A DNA stretch of 63,772 nucleotides, counting the filler, from Octopus bimaculoides (Eukaryota): the NCBI RefSeq assembly GCF_001194135.2. It is 8 parts of 7 records of this genome, joined end to end, with 100 filler letters (N's around TTAATTAATTAA, not from the genome) between each part and the next. Parts side by side here need not be neighbours in the genome. Positions count along the whole stretch, not along the records: positions 1 to 6,109 come from NC_068981.1; positions 6,210 to 20,627 come from NC_068985.1; 6 more parts are not named here. One strand, written 5' to 3'. This document shows positions 1 through 11,380 of this stretch, piece by piece; the first letter of the stretch is position 1, and every line of letters begins with the position of its first letter. The notes below the pieces were generated by a model. It saw only the letters and a program-made list of their open reading frames with translations, was not told the DNA's origin and made no database searches. The position numbers and the translations under genes are program-made.

Positions 1-333
1 CCATATCAGCTTTAGAGCTATCTCCAATCTCTGTGGAGTAGCATTCTCCATCTTTTGGTATTTTGTATTGAATACCTTGTATACTATTGTTTTTCTTTTC
101 GTTGCTTGTATTAATGCTTGTGGAGTGTTAAGGAAGACATTATTGCCATCCCTTCTTAACAATTCCTTGGCATTCTTTATTTCTGCCATTGTCACTTGGA
201 TTTCTTCTGAACTCTGCTTAGCTGCGGAGGCGAAACCGTTACAATGGCTACTGGTTGTGGTCTTGGTGCTGTTGCTCGTGTTGTTTACTTTGTTTTCTTT
301 GTTCTTTTTTTCCTCCTCCCTCCATCCCTTCGC
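1..333 (-). other. Stop-free frame of 111 codons running off the left edge; possibly a non-LTR retroelement ORF1 fragment
   Basis: Manual translation: ...SSEEIQVTMAEIKNAKELLRRDGNNVFLNTPQALIQATKRKTIVYKVFNTKYQKMENATPQRLEIALKLIW; upstream in-frame stop at 334-336. No diagnostic motif, so identity is a guess. Confidence 0.25.
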
Positions 334-716
334 TTATCAATAGTCTTCACATACGGGTTTATTCATAAGTTCACCAAAAGGTCACTCATACGAATGCTTC
401 TTGATAAAGAAACAAGTGAATGACTTGACAGAGAAACAATTTATAGGTAGATTTTTTTTCTCATAGGATCTGTTATTCTTTTTAAAACATTATTATAGTT
501 ATTATGTGACCATATAAAGAATTAGCAACTCTGGTCAAATTAGTTTCAGCATGAGCCTTGTATCGTAGAGCCGACCATTGTAAATATATCAGTAAGCTAC
601 AAATATCTTACCAGTCGAAAAATTTCCAGTAGAGGTACACACAGCTAAAGGTAGTACAAATTATGATCGAACCTGGGGCTTCACAGTTGCGAAGCCAAGC
701 AATCATGTTTGCATCC

Positions 717-782
<66 letters not shown>
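717..782. repeat. (TCTA)n microsatellite
   Basis: Direct reading of the tandem ctat units. Confidence 0.95.
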
Positions 783-956
783 CAGTATATATTTTTATAT
801 ATAACGTTGACCACTAACGTGGACATTCAATGTGCTAGAAATAGATCACATCTTGTGTCTACTAAGACCTAAATTGTTCTCAAAACGAAATTTAGCGGAA
901 TACCAAAGCGTAAGCGGGCAAGACATTTAAAATTACCGAAAAAATCATTATTAAAA

Positions 957-1013
957 CAGGAACTAGTTTCGAAATTAACACTCCTTACCGAATGTCTGTT
1001 TCTCTTCAGCCTG
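957..1013 (-). ncRNA. Minimal type-I hammerhead ribozyme motif (Penelope-like element type), core intact
   Basis: Minus strand reads CAGG-CTGAAGA-GAAAC..23 nt..TTTC-GAAA-C-TA-GTT-CCTG: stem I CAGG/CCTG, core CUGAAGA, stem II GAAA/TTTC, GAAA, palindromic stem III (AACTAGTT), GUU cleavage triplet. Confidence 0.7.
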
Positions 1014-1394
1014 ATCTGTAATGTAACCACAATTATCAGAACCCTAGCTAGCTTCCTGGTAATAAATCGATATTAATTAATATATGATTTTTTACCCTAT
1101 GTTGTAATGTGAGTATCTCAGTATATATATATATATATNNNNNNNNNNNNNNNNNNNNNNNNNNNNNNNNNNNNNNNNNNNNNNNNNNNNNNNNNNNNNN
1201 NNNNNNNNNNNNNNNNNNNNNNNNNNNNNNNNNNNNNNNNNNNNNNNNNNNNNNNATATATATACATGTATGTATATGTATACATACGTATTTATGTATT
1301 TATGTACGTATGTATTTATGCATCATCGTTCTTTGGTAATTTCACAATGAATCCTTTTTTTCTGTATTTTCTCATTGATTTAGATATTTTGTAA

Positions 1395-2397
1395 AATGGT
1401 TTGGAAAGTAATTGGTAATATTTTGATGTCTGCTTTAAGCAACAACAAATTGACAGATCCGTTCGAAATCAAAACCGGAGTCGAAGAAAGATGCGTGTCT
1501 TCACCAATCTTATTTTCATTGGCAATGAATTGGTTGATGGAAAGAACGACAGAAGAATATAAACGAGGTATAGAATAGAACAAAACTCAACTAGAAGATT
1601 TAGATTATGCAGACGACATTTATTTGCTCTCATACACGCTTCAAGAGTTACAAGACAAATCTGAAAGACTTAGTCAAATAGCCAACACTATAAGTCTCAA
1701 AATCAAAGAGAAGAAAACGTACCCTCTGTATATAACAGATGCTGACTATGTGACTTTGAACGACAAACCAATCGCAAATGTTGACGAATATAACTATCTA
1801 GGCACAAAAATAACAATGGATGGAGACTGCATTCATGAAATAAATACAATAATCAGCAAAACCAACCAACCATTCGGTATGTTAAACTCAATATGGAAAT
1901 CATCAATACGCAGCAAGAACACCAAAATACGATTATATTGTACAAAACAACATACTTAGTATCCCCCTCTATGGATTCGAATGTTGGAAAGCAACCAAAA
2001 ATAGTGAAAAGAAATTGGAGGTGTTTCAAAATAAATGTTTACGAAAAGTTTTGAAGATCTACTGGCCGAATATGATTTCGAATAGTCAACTACACACCAA
2101 GACTAACGTGAAACGAATAAGAGTAACAAAGCAAAGAGATGGAAATGGCTGGGTCGAGTTTGTGGCTATAAACCGAAAACAATTGTCAAGGTCGCTTTGC
2201 AATGGGTTCCACAAGGTAAAAGAAGACGTAACCGACCATAGGAAACGTGACGGAGAAGAATGACAAAAGGTCTTAAAAGCAGAGGGTTAACAATGGAACA
2301 AGCTGTCAAGGACGCTTTGAGTGTTAGGAGGGGGAATGATCTTGATGTCGCCTTAAATGCCACAAGGCACAATGAGAACTGAACGAATGAATGAATA
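1395..2397 (+). mobile_element. 5'-truncated, decayed RTE-clade LINE (reverse transcriptase C-terminal half and 3' tail)
   Basis: FEIKTGVEERCVSSPILFSLAMNWLM (RT QG..LSP.LF region), LEDLDYADDIYLL (YADD at about 1606-1617), YNYLGTKITMDGDCIHEI, FQNKCLRKVLKIYWP; stops and frameshifts; ends in a (GAAT)n tail. Confidence 0.85.
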
Positions 2398-2579
2398 CAT
2401 ATATATATGTATACATATGTGTTATATATATATATATATATATATATATANNNNNNNNNNNNNNNNNNNNNNNNNNNNNNNNNNNNNNNNNNNNNNNNNN
2501 NNNNNNNNNNNNNNNNNNNNNNNNNNNNNNNNNNNNNNNNNNNNNNNNNNNNNNNNNNNNNNNNNNNNNTAATATATAA

Positions 2580-3316
2580 ACGTAATCTGATCAATAAGTA
2601 TCCGGACTGTTGCCATAATAACGAAGCTAAAGTACTCAGAGTAAAGCCGCTTGGCACAGAGTGACCTTGAACTCTGCTGTGCATGCGCACTAAGTTTTAA
2701 CGTTTTAATTCACTTTCACTGTTTACAGCAGTGCTTGGAAGTAACGTGTGTAGCATGTATTCGTCGCATTATTGACCTTGACAGAGAAAGTTGTGCAGAG
2801 AATCTGCATCAAATTTTGTAAAAAGCTTGGCGAAACCTGCTCAGACACCCACGCAAAGTTTTCAAAAAGTTTTCATCGCGTCTCATAACCAAATCTTCAG
2901 TGATAATGGACTGAACTGAACCGTAACTAATCTGAACATCTGATGACTCATTCGACGATTTCCTACACACCTGCACGCTCATCTACGATGTTTTTCTCAG
3001 TTCTGCTGGTTGCGGGTCTCACAAAACGTTCGTCACTATCGACATTTTTCGACCATCTTGGAAACATCTGAACCACTCGTACACTTGTATGCAACTCATA
3101 CACTCCTCTCCATACGCTTTCTGTAACTTTGTGTAGGCCTTTGAGCAGGTAATGTCATGAACACTTTCTCTGTCATGGTGAATGCGACGATCACACTTTA
3201 CACACGTTACCTCGAAGCAGTAAATAGCGGAAGTGAGCTAGAACTTAGTGCACATGCACAGCAGAGTTCAAGGTCAATCTGTGTCAAGCGGCTTTACTCT
3301 GCATGCTGTAGCTTCG
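2580..3316. mobile_element. Two converging 5' fragments of a mariner transposon (+ 2580-2870; - 2870-3316)
   Basis: Plus strand VQRICIKFCKKLGETCSDTHAK; minus strand MSCIQVYEWFRCFQDGRKNVDSDERFVRPATSRTEKN and SYGSVQSIITEDL (mariner N-terminal HTH region); 2622-2810 is an inverted copy of 3140-3316. Confidence 0.75.
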
Positions 3317-3346
3317 ATATATATATATATTTAGATATATATAAAT

Positions 3347-4218
3347 ACACATTAAATACAGGACATCACCAACGAGCGAACAACACGTAAACAAACGAGA
3401 GACAAGTACGGAACAAAATGCCAAAAAAAAGTCTAACTCCTCCTCAGTTGTCGACTGTTTATTACTCCCTATTTCGTGCTGTCAACGACAAGATAGGAAA
3501 ACTTCATAAGACAGCAGCATCCAGAAATTTTAAAAATACAAAGTTTGTGGAGAGTTCAGGCTTCAAACAAACAAACAAACAGCAACAGTGTGGACGTACA
3601 GAGTAAACAATCGACGAATACAAACATCAAGGGCCGTTAGGCCAAGACACATTGTAATGGGTAACGCCTGGGAGAAATTTTGAAAGGATATAATCCCTTT
3701 CTTTCCCTCATCCTCTCTCTTGTCTGCTTTCTCCTCTGCCTGTTTGCTCACATGTAACTACAGGCCATTTCTCTCACCTCTGTCTTTTTGGGACGCGACG
3801 TCGACCTAACTGGACGTCATTTCTCTCACCTCCCGACATTTTCTCTCTTCTACTATTTTCTTCTCTTCTATTTATTCTACATACTTTCAAAATTTATCCC
3901 AGCCGTTACCCATTACATTTCGTCTTGGCCTAACGGCCCTTAATGTTTGTCTTTGTCAATTGTTTACTCTGTACATCCACTCTGTTGCTGTTTGTTCGTT
4001 CGAAGTCCTAACTCTCGACAAACTTTGTATTTTAAACATTTCTGGATGCTGGTGTCTTATGAAGTTTTCCTATCTTGTCGTTGAAAGTTCGAAATAGGGA
4101 GTAATAAACAATCGACAACTGAGGAGGAGTTTGACTTCTTACTGTATTTTGTCCTGTACTTATCTCTCGTGAGTTTACGTGTTTTCCACTCGTCGTTGAT
4201 GACCTATGCTTAATGTGT
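3347..4218. repeat. Fold-back element with about 340-bp inverted arms (3347-3686 and 3884-4218) and a pyrimidine-rich spacer
   Basis: Arms align as reverse complements; the ORF track shows the same peptide (PPQLS.VYYSLFR..NDKIGKLHKT.ASRN) on opposite strands at 3418-3606 and 4032-4250. Confidence 0.85.
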
Positions 4219-4301
4219 CTTTTTTTAATATATTTATAATCGAACGCCACGCAACCTTGTCCACACTAAGTTCTTACATTTATATATACATACATGCATA
4301 C

Positions 4302-4358
<57 letters not shown>

Positions 4359-4375
4359 AAATATATAGAATAAAA

Positions 4376-4411
<36 letters not shown>

Positions 4412-5262
4412 AAATAAATGATATATAAATATATGCATATATACATACATATATGTACATACCTACATATATATGTATATATGCATGCATATATGGGTAC
4501 AGGACATCAAAAAAAAAAAAAAACTTAAACACAATGAGAAACGAAAACATAAAACGAAAACAGAAAACGAACATTTTTTCGAAAAGCGAAAAAAACAAAG
4601 AGAGAAACGAGACATGCAATATAAAGAATATGCCCCTTCAGTTGTCCCTGTTTCATCTACTCCGCGTTTATGTATGTATGTATGTATGTATGTATGTATG
4701 TATGTATGTATGTATGTGCGTGTGTGTGTTCACATACATTCATAAACATAGTCCTCATCTAATACAAGAGGTGCATTCAAATATGGAATGACTTTCTTGT
4801 CATTTAGTTTAAACTGTTAGCTACCTCCCTATCTCCGCTTTCTTCTCTTCTCATTTGTTTATCTCTGTTTCTACCTGTCAGTCAGCCTATATTTCTCTCT
4901 ATATATCTCTCTGTCTCCCTCTCTCACCCATTCTCACCCTGTGTTAATCTCTCTTTCTCCTTCACTTCGCTGTATTTACTTTATATATATTTTTATGTAC
5001 ACCTCGCTGTATTTATATACATTTTATATGTCAACGTTCAGTAAACGACTCGGACATATACGATAAGCAAGCTACATAACTAGGCTAGCGCCGAAAAATC
5101 AGTTATTATCATTCTGCAAATGACAATAAAATAATATCATTCAACAAAGTAAAAGAAAAAAAAAAAAAAGAAGGGAGGAAAACCAACAAGAAACAAAAAG
5201 GAAAAAAAAAAAAAGAAAAGGAAACTTAAAATACATTAAGGAAATTAATAAAGAAAATAACT

Positions 5263-5459
5263 ATGGCCAGAAGCTGTGGTCCCTTGTCAAAATTAACACG
5301 GAAGCAAACAATGATAGCTGCAGGTTTGGCTTTGTTACTTTTGCTGATAATTTGTATATCTATTGGTGTACCTTTGGCAGCAGCATCCAAATCCAGCAGA
5401 AGTGCTGATAGTTTAGAGACAGCAAAAAGTATTTTGAAAGCACATGCTCTCATTGACGG
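5263..5459 (+). CDS. Probable first coding exon of a membrane dipeptidase (peptidase M19, renal dipeptidase/DPEP-like), partial gene
   Basis: ATG in good context (ACTATGG), in-frame stop at 5227-5229 upstream, hydrophobic anchor MIAAGLALLLLLIICISIGVPLAAA, then ETAKSILKAHALIDG interrupted by GG|GTAAGT (phase-2 donor at 5460). M19 enzymes continue (L/I)IDG-HND(L)P, and I recall the vertebrate DPEP1 intron at this same point. Confidence 0.72.
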
Positions 5460-5504
5460 GTAAGTGGAATATTATCTTGCTTTTTAGTGTATGTATATAT
5501 GTAT

Positions 5505-5725
5505 GTATGTATCTGTTTGAACTGGCCAAATCGTTACTGCGCGAACCAAACGCTTGGCGGCATTTGTTTCGACTTTACGCTTTGAAATTAAATGCTGTCG
5601 GGGTTGACTTTACCTTTCATGTTTTCGAGATCGATAAAATAAGTACAAGTTCATCACTGGAGTCGATGTCAATCAACTAACTCTCACGAAATTATTGGCC
5701 TTGTGCTAATATTTGAAATCAATAT
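5505..5725 (+). mobile_element. Degenerate SINE, family B
   Basis: gttgactttacctttcatgttttcgagatcgataaaataagtac matches the core of the better-preserved copies at 28530 and 50200. Confidence 0.6.
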
Positions 5726-5842
5726 TTATCTGTCTATTTGCTTGTCTGTTTACTCACTTGCTCACCTGTTCAATTCAACTAACTCGTTCATGTTCATTAA
5801 ACACACACACACACACAGACATATACACAGACATATGCATAC

Positions 5843-6109
5843 GGCGACGAGGGTTCCAGTTGATCCGATCAACGGAACAGCCTGCTCGTGAAATTAACGT
5901 GCAAGTGGCTGAGCACTCCACAGACACGTGTACCGTTAACGTAGTTCTCGGGGATATTCAGCGTGACACAGTGTGACAAGGCTGGCCCTTTGAAATACAG
6001 GCACAACAGAAACAGGAAGAAAGAGAGAAAGTTGCGGTGAAAGAGTACAGCAGGGTTCGCCACTACCCCCTGTCGGAGCCTCGTGGAGCTTTAGATGTTT
6101 TCGCTTAAT
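5843..6109 (-). mobile_element. SINE family A (tRNA-headed), partial
   Basis: Near-identical to 11064-11380, 42128-42414 and the reverse complement of 32119-32498. Confidence 0.85.
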
Positions 6110-6209
6110 NNNNNNNNNNNNNNNNNNNNNNNNNNNNNNNNNNNNNNNNNNNNTTAATTAATTAANNNNNNNNNNNNNNNNNNNNNNNNNNNNNNNNNNN
6201 NNNNNNNNN
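6110..6209. other. Assembly linker 44N-TTAATTAATTAA-44N (also at 20628-20727, 26097-26196, 52102-52201, 57257-57356, 59959-60058, 62330-62429)
   Basis: Identical 12-mer with stops in all six frames, centred in a 100-bp N block, seven times. Confidence 0.9.
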
Positions 6210-6228
6210 TATATATATATATATATAA

Positions 6229-6601
6229 CGCTGGAGTGGCTGTGAGGTAAGTAGCTTGCTTAACAACCACATGGTTTGGTTCGGTGTTCAGTCCCACTGC
6301 GTCACACCTTGGGTGAATATCTTCGACTATAGCCTCGGGCCGACCAAAGCCATTTGAGTGGATTTCGTAGACGGAAACTGAAAGGCCCCTTCTATATATG
6401 TATGTGTGTGTGTCTGTATTTGTACTCCAACATCGCTTGAAAACCGATGGAGGTGTGTTTATGTCCCCGTAACTTATCGGTTCGGCAAAAGAAGCTGATA
6501 GAATAAGTACTAGACTTACCAAGACTAAGTCCTGGGGTCGATTTGCTCGACTAAAGGCAGTGCTCCAGCATGGCTGCAGTCAAATGAGTGAAACAAGTAA
6601 A

Positions 6602-6602
<1 letters not shown>
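6229..6602 (+). mobile_element. SINE family C (tRNA head, CORE-like accttgggc/taa segment, internal TA/TG microsatellite)
   Basis: Head ggagtggctgtgaggtaag...gttcagtcccactgc; shares body and 3' end with 40291-40820 and 62740-63150. Confidence 0.8.
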
Positions 6603-6638
<36 letters not shown>

Positions 6639-6940
6639 TTGATAGAGGGAGAGAGACGATGCTCGTTTGGTATGTTGATTCTCTGTTTACTGCTATTTTT
6701 CTTGACCATATTATACTGACGAGTAGAGGTTGTATAATACTACAATAACTACAAAATCATGATCTATAATTCAGTCTGTTTTTAAGGGGTTGGCTTTGAG
6801 AGTTGCATTTCCTCGCGTTCGGTAAAATGTGCTTTTTATGGTAGTCTGACCTTAGAGTCCCTCATAGCGTGAGGCATTATTGTATAGTAATGCCCTTATA
6901 TAAATATANNNNNNNNNNNNNNNNNNNNNNNNNNNNNNNN

Positions 6941-6977
<37 letters not shown>

Positions 6978-7096
6978 CAGGTTTGCATTAAGACTTTGTT
7001 GCTAGTTTCTTTCACTGGTTACTGCTCATCCACCCGCTATTTGTGCGTCCTTCATCCCATTCAAATATTGTTATGGCCTACCGGTGGGATGTAAAA

Positions 7097-7139
<43 letters not shown>

Positions 7140-7142
<3 letters not shown>

Positions 7143-7360
7143 GGTGTATGTCTTTGTGTCTGTGTTTCTCCCCTATCATGGCTTGACAACCCACGTTGAT
7201 GTGTTTATGTCTCTGTAATCTAGCAGTTCGACAAAGAGGCCGATAGAATAAGTAGTCGGCTTAAATATAGTAAGTTCTGGTGTCGATTTGTTCGACTAAA
7301 AACCCTTTGAGGTAGTGCCCCAGCATGGCTGCAATCAAATGACTGAAACATGTAAAAGAA
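7140..7360 (+). mobile_element. SINE family C, 3' half following a (TG)n tract
   Basis: atcatggcttgacaacc...gatagaataagta...cagcatggctgcaatcaaatgactgaaaca matches the family C 3' half. Confidence 0.75.
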
Positions 7361-8454
7361 AGGCATAAGAAAAATAGGCTTCCTTAATCAAACGTTATTC
7401 GGTACTAAAGAACAACTAAAACAAGAACAACATCAAGAGTAACAGCAACCATAGTAACATCATTTCGCCTCTATCCATATGTAATAGATTTAATAGATTT
7501 AATATATATTTATTTTTCGCTAGATGAAAAGTATTTGCCATTTGTTTACAATTAAGTAACTTCAATCAATCATTTCAATTACGTCAATTGTTCCACTTGA
7601 GATAAAGGCCCCGAGCGTCACATTTAACCGTGCATTTAATAGATTTGAAACACTATGTCTATATACAAAGTCTAAATTAACACAACACCTGTTCAAAACA
7701 GAAATAGTCCAAGTGAACTCTACGTTACAAACAGCAATAGACATGACCTAGTTTTATATATATATACATATATTTGCCCCAAATTTACAGCATCTTGCTT
7801 ACTTATATTCATCTGTGCTACTTATTCATTTCGGTCGTTCGTACCGGAAGTGACTATTCTTCTCATACCTGCTACGCCTACTCAAGTAAGAAACGAGTAG
7901 TTATTTCTTCCCCGTAAACCATAGCTTATCTATATCAGAGATTCAAGAACTTGTTACCTACATATTTTTTTGTGTGCCAGTAGCAGCAGACACCCTAAGT
8001 TATATAGCAACGTATTACATAAATGATTCACTACTGCTTATTAAATATTAAGTTTTTCTTTTAGTTTATATATTATTGCAGCGTATGTAGCTGCTGTACA
8101 GATGGCTAATGTATAGACGATAAGGCCAGGTATTATATCCGTTTCGTTCTTTTACATCAAGTCATGATTAAAAGTGTTTTTCAATGGCCAAAAAAAATTA
8201 ACGCGAAGACGGCTTCCAAAGTTATTTAAATTTAGAACTCTTTGTAGCTTACTCACTACGAACCAACGCACAGATATTCACCGTTGATTCACAAACATGT
8301 ACACATACACAAGTGTGTGCAGATATGTATGTATTCATGAAAGGAAATGTCACTTGTGCAAACGTGTGCATGTGTGCATGTATGTCTACATGTGCGTATG
8401 TATATGTATGCATGTATGTATGTATGTATGTATGTATGTATGTATATATATATA

Positions 8455-8489
<35 letters not shown>

Positions 8490-8619
8490 CAGATACTCTC
8501 AAACATCCATTTAAATGTAACATTTACACACATATATATATATCTATATATAAATGCATAATATACACACATTCATAGATAAATGTAGATATATAAATAC
8601 ATGTCTATATGTGCGTATA

Positions 8620-10150
8620 TATATATATGGCAGATATTAAAGAAGACCCCAAAGAACTTTATGATAAAATAAAGTTTCAGACAATCATTGATAACCATAA
8701 TTTGAAAGCATAAACAATAAGAAAAGGTAAAAACGTCAACTGAAGTAAGAAAAAGTGCCTAAAGAATATAGAAAGCAGCTAAGGTACGAGCAGCAACTCT
8801 TGTTAGCTTTGCAAATGAAAGGGAAAAAGTAGATGTGGATTAGCCTCAAGTCAACAGAAGTGTGGAAGATGTATGCTACAAAATCAAGTGTCATCTTCAT
8901 CGAGGAATTTATCAATGAAAGAGCAAAGAGGAACATAACGTACATCCGTTTTGTAAGAGTTTCTATATACCATGAAGATAGACTTGGATAAAGCCGTAGT
9001 CGTTGTGTGGCTGGAGGTGAGATCCTCCGGCAGAAACAGGCGTATAAAAGACAGTGCATCGTGGTTAAAATTGATGAAACGAGAAAATATGTTGATGTCG
9101 TTTGTTATACACTTGCCCACCTGATAATACCGCAGGTCGTGGGCAGGAATTGAAGTAAGGTTGCAGTCAGAAACATTAATGCTGACCTGGAGCCTTGGTT
9201 CGTCGTCTAGCGGAGATGAACCGCAGCATACAGCCAAAATGAAATTTTTGTTCTGGCGGTCACTGAAAATCATAGAGTTACCTCGGTGTAATAGCGCAAC
9301 ATGAGACCGAAGGAGAAGCCAATCGGACAAATGATGCAGAGCAGAAGACCTGGTTGTTGCTTGTGAAATTCTGGAGGCTACTAAAGGGCTTGTAAGTGAT
9401 AGGAAAAAATGGCGACAGCAAAAGGAAGGACGTCATATAGTAGGAGATGCGGCGACAAAACCAGGACCCTGAACTGATGACATTGGTTTCCACAGTGGCA
9501 CCTCTAGCACCTGTAGCATCATTTGAGGATAACCAAAGTGGAATTAGAGAAAAAAAGGACTAGGCAGCCCATCGTGATGCTGAAGGTGCTCTTCATCCAG
9601 CACATGACCTTCCAATAGCAACGGAGTGCAACTTTACTCTATCGTTTTGCGATGATGAGTAGATGGGACCAAGAGAAAAAAAGAAAAAAAAAACTATTAG
9701 AGATATGAAAAAAGTGACAGGGGTAAAAGTTAGCCCAGACTAAAGGCAAGAAAGAAACTGGAACTCCCCACTCCAAGTAGTGCGCATACTTTTTGGTGAG
9801 ATGCTTCTACAAAGAATGCCTGAACTTCGCAGTAACCCAAAGGAATTAGCATAGCTAATAGTATTTGATAAGGAACTTAAAAGAGGACAAAATAAGTGGT
9901 AACTGAATCACAGTTGGAACATGAATATTAGCTGCTCTTAGAAGATATGGGCCATTTTATGGTTCAACCACGACAAAAGATACTCATAATCAAATAAGGA
10001 GGACCCGATAAGCAAAAGGAAATCGGAATGGATGGTGATTGGAGCCGTGCTATACTCTGATCCTACCATGAGGTAGATTTGTACCTCCCCTGTGCGAAGG
10101 TTTCCAGGTGTATTTCATTGAATTTTTCACATGTTTTATCATATTGTTTT
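8620..10150 (+). mobile_element. Highly decayed, relatively GC-richer sequence, possibly the 5' region of a non-LTR retroelement
   Basis: Microsatellite-free, purine-rich tract with broken frames; no motif recognised with certainty. Confidence 0.25.
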
Positions 10151-11063
10151 TGATTTTTGCTTACTTTTGTTTATTATATATCAATACTTCCACATATTTT
10201 GAATGACAGTTTTTTGTATTGTACGTGTAGACTATTCTGGTCAATATATTGTTTGCTGGTGCGGACTCTGACCATCAATCTAGCTACCAGGTGTTCGCGA
10301 CTGAGGACGAGCAAAACCAGCTCGAAAGTGAGTCGGGTTCGCTTCCCTGTTTGCCGTATAAATACAGAGTGCAGGCTGCATCTATAACCAGTTAGCGGAA
10401 GATCTGCCTGAGGTTAAAACAGTAGTAACATTGAACTGTTATATTGATGTGGTGATTAACTTTACTTGTTAGTATAGTTACTACTCTCATTTCTTATTGA
10501 GATTTTATAAAGAATATATTATTTTTAATATTGAATTATACTTCTATGCAAGAACTCCTGAAGAACATTGAAGTGAATACTCAATCCTAGGTTAGCATTT
10601 CTCAAAACCATAAACCTCACCTGGAAACTATGTTTCGAAAGAAAAATTCCCATTGCAACAACATTATTCAATACTGGTTGGAATCATGATACCAAAGTGA
10701 TGTTACCCATAGGAGCCAAAAATACATAAATTACAGCGTAATGTCTTAAATCAATATCAATCAGTTGTAAGAAGGTATTTCATTAAAGAAATTTAATTCA
10801 TATGTACCAATCTGATGTTAATGAAATTCAAATTAAGCACCAACAACGACAGGGAGCGCCATCTGCATAGAAAATAACTAGCAATGTATGCGCAAACACA
10901 TACAAGGAGGAGAAACAAAAAGATTGCTAATAAAATATTTACTTCAATTGAAGAGATTTACACGCTGATTCAACGCGTAGACAACGTAGACAGGGGTGAC
11001 AACTCCCAAATGTAATAAAATAAAAGTTTGAATCAATTGAAGTAGGGAATATACAATGTTGTT

Positions 11064-11380
11064 GGCACTCCGTTGCTTACGACGTCGAGGGTTCCAGTTG
11101 TTCCGATCAACGGAACAGCTTGCTAGTGAAATTAACGTGCAAGTGGCTGAGCACTCCACAGACACGTGTACCCTTAACGTAGTTCTCGGGGATATTCAGT
11201 GTGACACAGTGTGACAAGGCTGACCCTTTGAATTACAGGCACAACAGAAACAGGAAGTAAGAGTGAGAGAAAGTTGTGGTGAAAGAGTACAGCAGGGTTC
11301 GCCACCATCCCCTGCCGGAGCCTCGTGGAGCTTTAGGTGTTTTCGCTCAATAAACACTAACAATGCCCGGTCTGGGAATC
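11064..11380 (-). mobile_element. SINE family A, nearly full length
   Basis: Reverse complement of 32119-32498; (CAA)n tail visible as gttgttgg at the left end. Confidence 0.88.

Noticed and set aside
4118-4140. CTGAGGA plus small stem in the fold-back arms
   Set aside because: No GAAA follows stem II in either arm.
6154-6165. TTAATTAATTAA as a conserved biological motif
   Set aside because: Always centred in fixed N blocks; assembly linker.
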